A DNA stretch of 64,000 bases, from NCBI RefSeq assembly GCF_006345805.1, contig NC_043024.1, forward strand, positions 14,012,001 through 14,076,000. Reading direction: 5' to 3'. The stretch's first letter is position 1. Every line of letters begins with the position of its first letter. A program made the translations under genes and the position numbers. The notes under the pieces are model-generated. The model was not told where the DNA came from and searched no databases. It saw only the letters and a program-made list of their open reading frames with translations. The stretch is from Octopus sinensis (Eukaryota). Below, in pieces: positions 16,010 through 29,779 of the stretch.

Positions 16010-16290
16010 TACTTGTTTGGTCCCGTCAATACTAATCCAAGTTCCCCAGTAATGATAATTACTGTTTTGATATCTTCCTTTCTTCAGATTTAATTATCCA
16101 GGTTCTTGTTTTTGCACAGTTTTCGAAGGTTTTGAAGAAATATATTTGTGGCAACAGGATTTGCAACATCAATCTCAAGAAATAACTATTCAATCGGATT
16201 TGTTTTTTTTTGCAATGAGATCTTGACGTTTTGGTTGTATTTTTCGATCTGTCCTAAAAACTGAAATTCTAAAAGATCTAAAACCCTGAA
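16010..16290 (-). pseudogene. Heavily decayed R4/Dong-like restriction-like endonuclease (RLE) fragment
   Basis: Minus-strand translation across frameshifts resembles the R4-clade C-terminus (..DRKIQPKRQDLI..EIDVANPV..KTFEKLCKNKNL..VIIITGELGL..). Confidence 0.5.
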
Positions 16291-16409
16291 TTCTGAGTAA
16301 GTTATGGTTACTTGTATTCCCACCAGCTGTTTACATAATGTCGATTGTGTGTCAGGCATGTTGACCAATTAACATATCGAACAACCCGGTCATGCTTTTG
16401 CAAGTATTC

Positions 16410-16748
16410 TTATTGCTTTACTGCCCGCAAGGGGCTACAGACAGAGGGAACAAACAATGACAGACAAATGTATTAAGTAGATTATATCGACCCCAGTGCG
16501 TGACTGGTACTTAATCGACCCCGAAGCGATGTTGGGGACAAATACAGACGCACAAACACACTCACACAAACATATACATATACATATTTATGACGGGCTT
16601 CTTTCAGTTTCCGCCTACCGAATCCACTCACAAGGATTTGGTCGACCCAAGGCTATAGTAGAAGACACTTGGCCAAGTTGCCACGCAGTGGGACTGAACC
16701 CAGAACCATGTGGTTGGTACGCAAGCTACTTACCACACAGCCATTCCT
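16410..16748 (-). mobile_element. SINE A 3' fragment (16410-16525) abutting a SINE B copy (16526-16748)
   Basis: Similarity to other copies in the window. Confidence 0.75.
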
Positions 16749-18088
16749 GCGCCTTAGAAAGTACTGTTTAAATAAGATCTCTACCACGAAGGATATATTT
16801 ATAAAATACTCGCTACATGACGTTCAACCATACAATGCTATTTGATAATTTTGTTTGAATAGGAAATAAAAGCTCTGATGGTAAATGGTAGACGTTTCCC
16901 TTTTGCCGATGGACATATCCACAATCGAGAGCACACTAAATTAAAACAAACATATTTCAAATCTATTTCTATTTCTTTGACTGAAATCAATTTCTTTTAT
17001 TATATAGCTGCTCTGTTATGAGCCATTCTTCTTTTTATTAAGTCTAAAGCGATATCTGGTCTACAGCGTCTAATAATTCTACGTTACTGGATGTCAAAAT
17101 ATCTAGAAGTGTTGATTTACGAAGATTTTTAAAAGCATTTTATTGTGAATGACTGAACTAATTGTCTGAAGAGTTATTTCTACAGTTTTACAATGTGGCA
17201 AGATTAAAATGTAACAGCACTTCTCATGACACCAATTATATCCTTTCTGAGGCGCGTGGTTTTGTGGCTAGGCTGATCGTAAGATTGCGGTTTCGCTTTC
17301 TGGAACGAGCGATGGGTTGTGTTATTAATCAAAACACTTCCTTTCACGCTTCTCTGCTCCCAGCAATTTCAGTGGAAAAGGATAAGTCGATTACATGGAT
17401 CTTAGTGCTGAGCCTGGGTAATTATTTTATCGATATCGAAAGGATAATAATAGTATTAGGCGAAGTGGCAAAATCGTGACCGCGCCCAACAAATTATTTA
17501 TCGCCATTTTATTCTGGACATAAGTCCTAAGTTCAAATTCTGCCGAGACCGACATTCCCTTTCAATATAGTGATCGATGAAATAAGTATCAGACAACAAC
17601 GTGTGACCGACGTAATCGAACAATCTCCTTCCCAAAAATTAAAGGTTTGTATCTATATTATAAATGATTATGATCATTTCTGTCAGTCTTCCTTTTTATT
17701 GCTTTCATGGACGGCCGAGTATACCGTTGATTTATTCTATTGTAAATCTTCACCCTTATATATTTCCCCATGTTTGATAGTGAAATTTACCACATATCAT
17801 GAAAATATATCTTAGAACTTCAGTAATAAACATTATTATTGGTATGTAACTGTTTCTTTGACAAAAAGAATTTTTACTATTATTTCATTGAAACAGCGAT
17901 ATTTTGAAGAAACCAGTGAATATTCTATGACACAAGAGAATTGAATTGATCTTTTATTCAAACAACATGCATATTATTTTTTCATTTTCAAATTCTATAC
18001 GCATTATCTTATACATATAGTTCAACAAACATGAATTTTAAAATTCAGATATCATTCTATTATCTATCGAAAGGTTTTTATTCTTTTT

Positions 18089-18600
18089 TTAACATTTTTT
18101 GAATGCTTTCTCTTTTTCTACTTGGTAGACATCAACGACTTCTGGATGTATTGAATTAATTTTGATGAGGATGTATATTTTTTTTGTAAAAAAGGCTTTT
18201 TCAATTCTGTTGATAGCAGCACGCAATATTAACACAATCTGCTGCGTTGGCGAAAAACAATTTTTTCCTGGTTTATGACGCATCGTAACTTTGAAGATCT
18301 CGCTGTAGGATCTTAGCTCATTAAAAAGCATGCTGTAACATTCATGTTCTGCGTAGGTTTACGATCGTTAGCAACAAAGCCAGGCAAATCTCCTTCTCTA
18401 AGTGCTATAAATTCTGCCATCAACAAGAGGTCATTGAGTGAAGCTTCTGCCTCGATTATTGCTCTGATGCTCGTTACGACTCTAACGTCCCATGCTTCTC
18501 ATTAGACGAACATACTTTACGTGAGGCTAATAGCTTGATTATAATGTCTACGATTTCTTCACTCCTGCTACATTTTGTCAGAATTACAATGCTTTCTTGA
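18089..18600 (-). pseudogene. Possible very old non-LTR RT remnant
   Basis: HKPGKNC...QQIVLILRAAINRIEKA...DV..EKAF loosely matches the GFxPGRSC..DQIxxLR..EK..DxEKAFD motif. Confidence 0.3.
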
Positions 18601-18712
18601 ACCGGATTTAAGTATCTTTCCAGTGGGAAACAGATAAAGACACAAATATAGTCTGACTGATTTCTGTCAGGCATCGTTCGGTGGCTGAATGTTTCTCTGT
18701 ATACATCATTCT

Positions 18713-19150
18713 TATTTCTTTATTGTCCACAAGGGTCCAAACATAGAGGGGACACACAAGGACGGATAAAGGGATTAAGTCGATTACATCAACCCCAGTG
18801 CGGAACTGGTACATAATTTATCAACCCCGAAAAGATAAAAGGCATGAAAGGGTGAATTTGAACTCAAAGGAACTGAAAGGATGAATTTGAACTCAGAACG
18901 TAGCGGCAGACGAAATACCTATTTTTTACTACCCACAGGGGGCTTAACACAGAGAGGATAAACAGGGACAGACAAACGGATTAAGTCGATTATATCAACC
19001 CAAGTGCGTAACTGCTACTTAATTTATCGACCCGGAAAGGATGAAAGGCATAGTTGACCTAGGCGGAATTTGAACTCAGAACGTAGCGGCAGACGAAATA
19101 ACGCCAACCATTTCGCCCGGCATGCTAACGTTTCTGCCAGCACGCCGCCT
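18713..19150 (-). mobile_element. SINE family A with 2 tandem bodies
   Basis: Reverse complement of head ends at 19150 (gccagcacgccgcctt); junction gacgaaatac|ctattt. Confidence 0.8.
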
Positions 19151-20169
19151 TATCCACCATTCTGTTATATTATCTACTGCATCTATAATATTGAACAGAG
19201 GTTTCTACAAATTACTTCAGAAGCATCTGATATGAGTTCTCAGAATTCTTCTAAGATAATATTCTTTGAAGTTAACTATCACACCTTCTTCCATAAATTG
19301 TAGGAAAGAATTTGCGTTCTGAGTGTGTATTTCATTCTCACATTATCAAAAGAAACCTATATGTGCATTGATCTGCTTCGTACTTTGTTCAAAATAACCA
19401 TTATGTTATTCGAAATGTTCTGATATACTGTGTAAACTTCTACAGCAAAAATATGTTTCACTCACTGGAAATCATCTCTCACAAGAATCAAAGACTTATT
19501 TAAATGGTAAATTACAAGTAGATTGTATTTACAATACCTCTTTAAAAACATTGTTTTTCATGAGTGACATGCGTTTAGCAAAGCCCAATTTCATAAACAT
19601 ATATGAAGAATAATATCATTCGAGGCCGACAGGAAGCGTCGATGCTTCCTAGGGCAAAACAGCGGTGGTGTAATTCCCTTACTGTCACGTTAAGTTGACA
19701 GTATACAACCACTCTATCGCTCCACCACCGTACATATCTCTATGAGATATTTAGAAATTTAATATTTCTGATTTTGGTGATCAGTGAATAAACTTCACTG
19801 AAAATATATATATATATTTTCGAAGTCTAGGAAAAGAAGACCTTACCATGATGTGTGTATGAAAAAAGATGGAAGGAAGTGGCGAAAAAGGTGGGTGTCA
19901 GAAACCTAGTGTAACTATGGATGGAGAAGAGGAAAGGAAAGCTGCAGGGCCTTATAGGTTGCCGGGGTTTAAAATATATCGGTAAGATTTCAATCTAATG
20001 TAATGTTATATTAGTCAATGCAAAGGACAATTTAAATACAGTTTTTTATATAATGAATAATCCATATATTTTGGAAATTTTTAAACGAACCACTTAACTG
20101 TTTTTTGTATGTATGTCCTGTATTGTTCTTCTATGTACTGATTTTATAATCGTAATAAAGAATTAATCG

Positions 20170-20252
20170 TCAGCTAGCAGGCCTCTGCTACTCTAGACCG
20201 ATGCTGGGCAAAGACCCTGAAACATGCGTGTCTCTAGATGCAGGCCTAGCTG
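20170..20252 (+). ncRNA. Degenerate type I hammerhead ribozyme with long stem I
   Basis: Stem I TCTAGA/TCTAGA extended to CAGCTAG/CTAGCTG, core CCGATGC (two changes), stem II GGG/CCC, GAAA, near-palindromic stem III ACATGCGTGT, GUC at 20230-20232. Confidence 0.5.
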
Positions 20253-21118
20253 TTGGGGGTATTTGTCTCTCCTTCGTAAATATATAAGGACACAGGAAAT
20301 GTGTCGAGGCCCACAGAAAGCGTCGATGTTTCCTAGGGTTAAACAGCGGTGGTGTAATTCCATTACTGTCACGTTAAGTTGACAGTATACAACCACAATA
20401 TCATTCAGTAATACTTATATTAGCCCCTCGTGATGGTTATTTCTGTATTAATGTGTACCTTACTTTTCTTTCCTTTTTGTAATATTTGCATTTCTTCCGA
20501 AACGATATTGGTAATATATATTTCTCAACTGTCACATCAATATTTATATTACCACATTGTATTACATCCAAACGGGTGAGATGGCAGAATCGTTAGCACG
20601 TCAGGTAACATACTTAGCGGCATTTTCGTCCGGTATTACATTTTGAGTTCAAATTCCGCCAAGATCAAATTTGTCTTACGAAATCGATAAACTACGTACG
20701 AGCTGAGAACTGGGATCAATGAGATCAATATACCAATCCCTAAGAGATCGATATACCAATCGTACTAAGTTTCAAACCAATATAGTCTGTTACATCTGTG
20801 TTTATCTTTTTAATGTATATCTTTATTTATATCTTCAACGATTTTCACTCATTAGACTGCGGCCATCCTGAAATACCGGCTTCGATAGACGGGTGTATTT
20901 CTCTTCTGTGTCGGGTGCCTACACTCTCGCACCCTTTTGTCCAGCCACTAGATTACGGAGAGTAAACATAAAATTACCTATTGGCAGGTGGCGGCATGGG
21001 ACAAGTAACAGAGAGAAGCACACATCACATGTAGACAAGAATACATATCTTTACATATTATTTGTGCAACTCTGTGTGCGTGTGTATATGTATATATATA
21101 TATGTATATATATATATA

Positions 21119-21166
<48 letters not shown>

Positions 21167-21518
21167 ATATATATCTATATAATATATATATATATATATA
21201 CGTATATATAGATACATATATATATAATATATAATATATATATTATATATATTTATATATATATATTTATATATATATGAGCAGATATGGTATGTATATG
21301 TTCCAATCGGTGACGGGCTGACCTCGGCAAAACTTTGGACGGGGCCATACAAGAAGATTACTGGCCAAGGCGTCACGTGGTGGTGGGAGTGAGTTCGAGA
21401 CCACGAGATCGATTGACGTGCTTCGTAAACACGCAAGTACCTGTAATATATGTTTTGTCTCTGTTGCATACATACATATAGCTGTAGTGATGGTTGTATA
21501 TACATACATAATATATAT

Positions 21519-21567
<49 letters not shown>

Positions 21568-21775
21568 TACAAGTATAGTTGTCAAGATCTCAGATGTGAG
21601 GTAAATGCATTTTGAAAGCTGATAATTACTACTAACATATGACAGTGGCTAATTGAAGTTTATGAACATTACAAAATATTTTTTAATGTTCCCCACACTT
21701 CAACATTGTAAAAGAAAATTAATGCAATAATAAATAACGTGAAAACCAGAATATACTCATTGATACAAATTCGGA

Positions 21776-21826
<51 letters not shown>

Positions 21827-21950
21827 ATATATATTATATATTCGGGTGAGTACTTGATAATTATAAGCACCTGTGTATACCGTTTGGTGGTGTAGGTGGT
21901 GGAGTAAATTGATCAAAATAAAAATAAAAAAACATGATGCGAAGGATTCA

Positions 21951-22028
21951 GCGGTACATATGTTTCGGTCCTTTATTAGACAGATTTATAACAATGCATA
22001 ATGTATGTCTGTGGCCTTCTTCAGCCGC
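21951..22028 (-). ncRNA. Type I hammerhead ribozyme, apparently intact (GUA site)
   Basis: Minus strand GCGG-CTGAAGA-A-GG...CC-GAAA-C-ATAT-G-TA-CCGC. Palindromic stem III ACATATGT; predicted cut between 21955 and 21954. Confidence 0.7.
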
Positions 22029-23720
22029 GCACAACAGCTTCCACAAGAACATGTGTTACATCAAAAATTCTTGGTTGGGGATGCAAATCCTCTCATTCAC
22101 GTACGACATAATGCGGCAGCAGTATAGAGTTGAAGCGTCCATCTCTTTCTTCTCTCAATGTAGAATGAGGAAAATTGGATGTTGAGGTAATGTAAATAAA
22201 TAAATACATATATAGAGGTGAAGATGGAGGGGCGAGAGTTCGGGACGAGGGGTAAAAAATGTATAAAAAGTGTAAGTATAGAATAATATAAAAATGTGGA
22301 GGATAAAGATATAAAGAGTTGTAAGGAGATGTATAGGGGGTATAAAGAAATATAAAGAAATATAAATAAATGTAAAGGCATAAGGTTATAAAGTAAAAAT
22401 AGAATAGAAATACAAGTAAAAAAACCTGATAAAAACATGATAAAAGGTGTAAAGAATGTAAAGATAAGGGATGTATAGAGGTTACGGACCAAGCATGGTG
22501 GTCAGGAATTGATAAAATTTAGTTGTAGAATTGTCAGTAAATCAACAGTTTCGTCTCGGGACTTAATGCGTTCTAAATCAGAGCTGATGAGCATTTAATC
22601 TGGTTCCTTGAATTAAATGGACTTCTAGTACATACATATCATCATGGATACATACACCCACATACACGCGTATATATACGCCTCCAAGCCTATAAGCACC
22701 CACACGCACGCGCGTACACACACATACATACAACAGAATATCCGCATATATACACGGACATTACGCGCGTACACGCTCACATGTATATACATGTGCGCGT
22801 ATTGACATGAGTACAGGATTCTTTACATACGTTCTTATACACATCCTTTAATATCCTATACCTGGACCTAGAGGCGTGGGCATATACGTGTGTGTATGTA
22901 GTGATGGGCGCGCGTATATACATGTGAGCGTGTACGCGCGTAACGTCCGTGTATATATGCGGATATTCTGTTGTATGTATGTGTGTGTACGCGCGTGCGT
23001 GTGGGTGCGTGTGTGTTTACGTACGTGTTTACACGCGAGTGCGTGTGTATGCTTATAGGCTTGGAGGCGTATATATACGCGTGTATGTGGGTGTATGTAT
23101 CCATGATGATATGTATGTACTAGATGTCCATTTAATTCAAGGAACCAGATTAAATGCTCATCAGCTCTGATTTACAACGCATTAAGTCCCCAGACGAAAC
23201 TGTTGATTTACTGACAATTCTACAACTAAATTTTATCAATCTCCTGACCACCATGCTTGGTCCGTAACCTCTATACATCCCTTATCTTTATATTCTTTTA
23301 CACTTTTATCATTTTTTTATCAGGTTTTTTTACTTTTATTTCTATTTCTATTTTTACTTTATAACCTTATGCCTTTACATTTATTTATATTTCTTTATAT
23401 TTCTTTATACCCCCTTTACATCTCCTTACAACTCTTTATATCTTTATCCTCTACATATTTATATTATTCTATACTTACACTTTTTATACATTTTTTACCC
23501 CTCGTCCCGAACTCTCGCCCCTCCATCTTCACCTCTATATATGTATTTATTTATTTACATTACCTCAACATCCAATTTTCCTCATTCTACATTGAGAGAA
23601 GAAAGAGATGGACGCTTCAACTCTATGCTGCTGCCGCATTATGTCGTACGTGAATGAGAGGATTTGCATCCCCAACCAAGAATTTTTGATTGTAACATGT
23701 CCTTGTGGAAGCTGTTGTGC

Positions 23721-23797
23721 GCGGCTGAAGAAGGCCACAGACATACATTATGCTTGTTATAAATCTGTCTAATAAAGGCCCGAAACATATGCACCGC
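23721..23797 (+). ncRNA. Mirror hammerhead copy with mutated cleavage triplet (GCA)
   Basis: GCGG-CTGAAGA-AGGCC...GGCCC-GAAACATAT-GCA-CCGC. Confidence 0.55.
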
Positions 23798-23834
23798 TGA
23801 ATCCTTCGCATCATGTTTTTATTTTATTTTGATC

Positions 23835-23920
<86 letters not shown>

Positions 23921-24040
23921 TATATATATATAATATATATACTTATATATATATACATATATATATATTCATATTCATATATATACATATATATACACAC
24001 ATATTATATATACATATATATATACATATATATATATATA

Positions 24041-24137
<97 letters not shown>

Positions 24138-25336
24138 TATATATGTATCTAGGTAGATAGAGAGATAGAGAGATATCCAAATAACTAGATGTGACCTATG
24201 TATATCCATTTGTAAATAGTAAAGAAAATATTTATTGGTAAACTGACTTGTAGATATTGATACTAAAACACTCTATAACGTGTGTGTTTAGATTATAATT
24301 TATTTAATTTCCAGTTTTACTGTTGGTCAGTGGGATAATTCATTCACATACAACCATCACTACAGCTATCATTGCAGTTTTCACATGTAATATGTAGTTT
24401 GATCTCGTTTCATGCATCAACTCCATGAGACAGCTAGGCGTTATAGCATTTACCATTGAGCGTCACTCGGATGTTTGGGATACCAAAGTTCTTCCAAATA
24501 ATACAACATAACTTTGAGAAAAAAAATATATAAATAAAGGGGAAAGAAATATGATAAAATGTAAACAGAAAATGGAACACAAAACTACATTAGAATCATG
24601 TCCGAATATTTTCGAAATCAGTACACGTCACTAATACTAAATATACTGAAACACGGGGCGGATATCAATAACGAAAGATATATACTTATGTACATAAATG
24701 AATGGAAAGGAATAGATAAAAGTGAGCAAGAAGAAGAAATAAGAAATCATAATTTTCAGATTCATTCAAATGTTTTCCGTATCTATATAATGCTTGTTAA
24801 AGTCTATTGATTTTTGCTTTCTTTATAAGTCATTTCTCTGGAGGTGATTCGATTTGGAATGCATATATATTGGCACAGATATGTCTACAATAGGAAACTA
24901 AATGAGAAAAACCGTGGTTATCATAAACATGTATGTATGTGTGCACTTGTGTGTGTGTGTGTTTTAGCGCGTGTGTATGTAAATATTTATATGTGTGTGT
25001 GTGATTGTGTGACATATGTGTGTACATCTATATGTATAAACATATATATGCATGTGTGTCTGTGTGTGTGCATAGGGACACACAGCTAGATAGATAATAT
25101 ATACTATACTTATGTACGTATATGTATGTATATATGTGTATATATATGTGTGTGTGTATATATGTATGTAGCATCTAAACGTGTGTGTGTTAATCTTTAA
25201 ATATACTTGTATGTGTGTATATTACAAACGATAGCATTCACTCTTTCTCTTTGTCTCTTTTTCCCAATCTCTGTCTCTCGCCATTTATATATATATAATA
25301 TATACATATATATATTATATATATATAATATATATA

Positions 25337-25386
<50 letters not shown>

Positions 25387-25562
25387 AATAATATTATGTA
25401 TGTATATATATATATGTATATATATATACATATATATATGTGTGTGTGTGTGTATATATATATATATGTATACATATATATATACATATATATATATATA
25501 TTATATTATATATATATATATTATATATATATAAATGTATGTATGTATGTATATATATATAC

Positions 25563-25619
<57 letters not shown>

Positions 25620-26065
25620 TAAATTGTTGTGTGCGTGTGCGAGTACACTCGCCCATGAGTAGCTATTCGTGCGTAAACTCCAAGGAAGTAACGAAATTAA
25701 GAAAACTCGTACGTTATATGCAATAATCCATTTAACATCCAAGCAATTTCCTGTCTGCAAAAATACAAAATTTTTCCCTGATTCCTCCGAGAATTCCTTC
25801 TGCAAATATAACTTAGGCATAAAAGTCAGTCGTATTTTCTTAATTCAGAATTAACTTTTGTCCTTCCCTTGACGGAACCAACCTTACTTTCTGCATTCTA
25901 TAATTCTTCCTTCTATATTTTCCGCTTCTGTTCTGATTCCGCCTCGCTTTAATTTCTTCGACTTGTTTCTACGTATATGTGCATATGTGCATTTGAATGA
26001 TGTACGTACGCACACACACACGTATTTATTCCCACAGATTTGCATACATATATAATATATATATG

Positions 26066-26100
<35 letters not shown>

Positions 26101-26115
26101 TGTATATACATATAC

Positions 26116-26165
<50 letters not shown>

Positions 26166-27079
26166 TAATATATATATATATGTATGTATATAAATAAATG
26201 AAAGAATGGTATCGGTTAACCGAATTATCCATAAGATAATTCATTCAACTAATCAATTATATATGTATATATATATATAAGTGTGTATATATATACATAT
26301 GTATATATATATACATATATATATTATATATATATACATATATATATATATACATATATATATACCTATGTATATATATATATATGTATATATATATATG
26401 TATATATGTATATATGTATATATATATATATATATATACATACACATACATAAGCATTTCATTATAGATATTGTAATACGTGTATGCGTGTGTATATATA
26501 TATATACAGGGAGAGAGAGGGAGACACACAGACATAAAGACAGACAGAACAGATAGAAAGACAGACAGACAGACAGAGAAAGTGAGAGAGGTGGAGAGAC
26601 GGAGGAAGTCATTGATAGAGAGAGAGAGAGGGATAGAGAAACAGAAATAGAAATTGCTAGATATACAGACAGACTGACAGGCAGGCAGGCAGGCAGGCAA
26701 ATAGATTCTGCTTTACACACCTTAAATCAGAATGACTAGAATATATAATTAAGTATCACAGTCCTCACTGTCTGTGAAATAAGAATGTAAACCTTCCTAT
26801 GCTCTTGAAATGCGGCGTGAGTTTCCTGACTGACTGTTCAGCAATTTGTTAGCTGCTCCTGAGAAATTATATAGCCACCTTCCCTCTTGCAAAACGTTCT
26901 GCCGTGAGATTCGCTCCGTATTTTAACTCCATGACCACAGTCTATATAAAAATGCTTTTACATTCTTATTATGTCCGCAATGAAAGCAAAAAAATATGCT
27001 TCAGATACATGCGTACATTCTTCAACGCATGCATACATACCAGCATATATAGCTACTCTCCGGCCCTCCCTACCTAGGA

Positions 27080-27219
27080 GCACTCCGTCGGTTACGACGA
27101 CGAGATCCCAGCTGATACGATCAACGGAACAACCAGCTCGTGAAATTAACGTGCAAGTGACTGAGCAATCCACAGACACGTGTACCCACTAACGTAGTTC
27201 TCAGGGAGATTCAGCGTGA
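27080..27219 (-). mobile_element. 3' part of SINE family C
   Basis: Reverse complement of the 40510-40647 tail (gcacgttaatttcacgagc...gtcgtaaccgacggagtgc). Confidence 0.75.
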
Positions 27220-27399
27220 TAGATACATACTTACATACTTACATACATACACACACACACATACATACATACACACTTACATACACACATACATATTTCC
27301 ACCATAAATATATACATATATGGTGAAGCCCCATTCGTGACAGTGTAAGACCATTTCATAACTCATTTCCCTCTAAGGAGCACCTCACGTGTGTTGTTC

Positions 27400-27730
27400 T
27401 CAAAGCTGGTGACATCTTATAGTGATCCTAATTCCTGCAAGCGATACACAACTGATGCCACTCTGATCACAAATCGGCTTTCAATCAGCAGTCGGACTTC
27501 ATGTTGGGACTTCGAATCTCGAGTGAGTCCACTACCTAACCCAAGCAATTCGAAACATGTGATCACTGTTTATACGCCAAATCTCGTCAGTGCCCAGGAT
27601 GAATTAAATATCTGTTATGGTGATCTGAGAACCATTCTGAAAAATGTTTATAAGAATGAGAAATTTGCTTTTCGGGTGGATGGACCGATTGCATCTGTAA
27701 GACGAGTTGTTTACTTTGGAGGACCATAGG
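27400..27730 (+). pseudogene. Decayed APE endonuclease fragment of an RTE-like LINE
   Basis: NRLSI..HVITVYTPNLVSAQDELNICYGDLRTILKNVYKNEK resembles the RTE pattern NERL..ISAYAPT..EEK..FYxDL..L..V...DK. Confidence 0.5.
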
Positions 27731-28220
27731 AATTCCCTGAATGGGGAAATTCAAGTCACATCTGCTTCTACTCTTACATCTATGTCAGGAGGGAAACAGT
27801 ACAAACTGATAATTGGTTGGGACAAATGGGTAGATATAAGGCTACTTGAAAACATCTGCATTTAGGCTGCCACTCTGTTATATAACTGTCAGTAGTAAAG
27901 ATATATCAGATGTACAATTGGTCCGGTGCACCTGTGGGGTGGGGTGTTGAATACAAGACGGACCATGTGGTTTTGCGACTTTGCTTACGATCATTACCCG
28001 TAAAAAAGCTAACTAAAACTGTCCTGAAAATCTTTGGCAATTTCTAAATGAAACTGCTCTGACAAAAGCTTGCAAATTTTGATCGTTTTCAGATTTTGGT
28101 ATGGTCACTCTTTTGTCTCAACTTTGAGCTTTTTTTAGTGCCTCAATGTAATGGTCACTGTTAACGGTGCCATGATTAGATAATTTTCATGTGTTCTCTA
28201 TAAAGTTCACTAAAAGAATA

Positions 28221-28990
28221 ACATCATCATCATTGTTCGACCGTGGTCGAGACAATGGAATTTACCATGCTACGCCGGACTTCACGGTCTATCATGGCAT
28301 TACGGAGGTCCTGTTGCTGGATGCCTGTATCCCTGGAGATTACATCAGGGTAGGAGAGTGTGCGCCCTCTGGTATTGCGAGTAGATGGCTTCCAGAGGAG
28401 TAGTGTAGAAATTACTTCTTTTTCAGCTCTACAACAATGTCCAGCAAACTGGACTCTCCTACCTTTCACAAGAGATGATACAGGTGGTAGTTTCCCATAT
28501 ATTTGTATTTTGGTTGGATGACGCTTCCACGGGAGATTTTGAGCTCTCATAAGGAGGCGAGTGTAGGTTCCATCCAACCGCCTCTCAAGCTTCTTTGATA
28601 ACGTCCAGGTTTCTGAGCCATATAGTAGAATTGGTTCGACTGTGGCTTTGAAGATTTTAAGTCTGAAGTCTCTACTTAGATTTGATGACCAGATCTTATG
28701 CATGTCATTACAGGCTGACCAGGCCATACCCTTTCTAGTTAGAAAGTCTTTTCCAGATGATGAAGTTCCATCCAACCGCCTCTCAAGCTTCTTTGATAAC
28801 GTCCAGGTTTCTGAGCCATATAGTAGAATTGGTTCGACTGTGGCTTTGAAGATTTCAAGTTTGAAGTCTCTACTTAGATTTGATGACCAGATCTTATGCA
28901 TGTCATTACAGGTTGGCCAGGCCATACCCTTTCTAGTTAGAAAGTCTTTTCCAGATGATGATATGTATGACCCAAGATATTTATAATCAG
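28221..28990 (-). mobile_element. 5'-truncated RTE-clade LINE 3' end (RT C-terminus) with (TGA)n tail and internal 198-bp duplication
   Basis: DYKYLGSY at ~28990, IFKATVEPILLYGSETWTL (twice), RRVQFAGHCCR, LLLWKP..GR; stop at 28230 runs into a TGA repeat. Confidence 0.85.
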
Positions 28991-29702
28991 AATATTTATA
29001 AAATAGTAGTCATTCGTTTCACAAAAGTAGGATGAAAAGCAAGTTTCATTTTAGAAAATTGCTATTTTAAAATCTTACAACGAAAGATTTTTAGCAACAG
29101 TACTTTGAAGTTAAAATGTTTACCAACATTCGTGCCGAACGAAGGCTGCCATGTTACGCTGGAAAATATCTTTACTCCTGGTTTTATTTTGGAAAGGGTT
29201 CCTTTGAAGCAACTGAAGAGCAAATTTCGAGATATGAAATACATCGGTTCTAAGTGAAAAACAAGCAATTTACATATTTGGCGAAGTTAATGAAGACACA
29301 CATAAATATGTATAGCAATAAATGCATCTAATTTTATTTCTCAAAGGTATGGACAGTGTTGCTAATAAGTTCGTTTCAGAAAAAGTAAAGAATTCATTAA
29401 ACGGAAATTGAGAACCAGTCAGCCATCTGTTCATACCAAATCGGTAGCAAATATCGCCAGAGAGAAACAGCAAAGGAGAGAAAGAGAGAAAGAGACACAA
29501 AGAAACGAGAGTAGAAGGATATTAATGGCATTAAAAACAATGAATTAATGAGAAAGCAATGTTTAATATTTATAATTTATTTATTTAAATATTTATGTGT
29601 GATATTTAGGAATTAGTTATATTTCTGTACATTTTGCAGAATTCTGAACATCACATGTGTATTAATAAACGTCAAAATAATGATAACTTACATACGAGCT
29701 AC

Positions 29703-29759
<57 letters not shown>

Positions 29760-29779
29760 TCGAGAAAATACTATACCGG

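Larger units (their letters stand above)
21907..23838. repeat. ~1.93-kb inverted repeat (arms ~0.9 kb, spacer ~22792-22914); probable inverted Penelope-type pseudo-LTR pair
   Basis: Left arm starts aattgatcaaaataaaat and right arm ends attttattttgatcaatt. Arms align along their length, HHR motifs sit near both outer ends, and (TA)n flanks both sides. Confidence 0.9.

Noticed and set aside
22584-22625. CTGATGA followed by a hairpin inside the large palindrome
   Set aside because: No GAAA or stem III follows in either arm.
24598-24810. 70-aa ORF containing the ankyrin-like LKHGADIN
   Set aside because: No TPLH or other ankyrin consensus, and no convincing splice context; likely chance.
28642-28986. 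114-aa plus-strand ORF with an internal repeat
   Set aside because: Antisense frame of the RTE fragment and its duplication.
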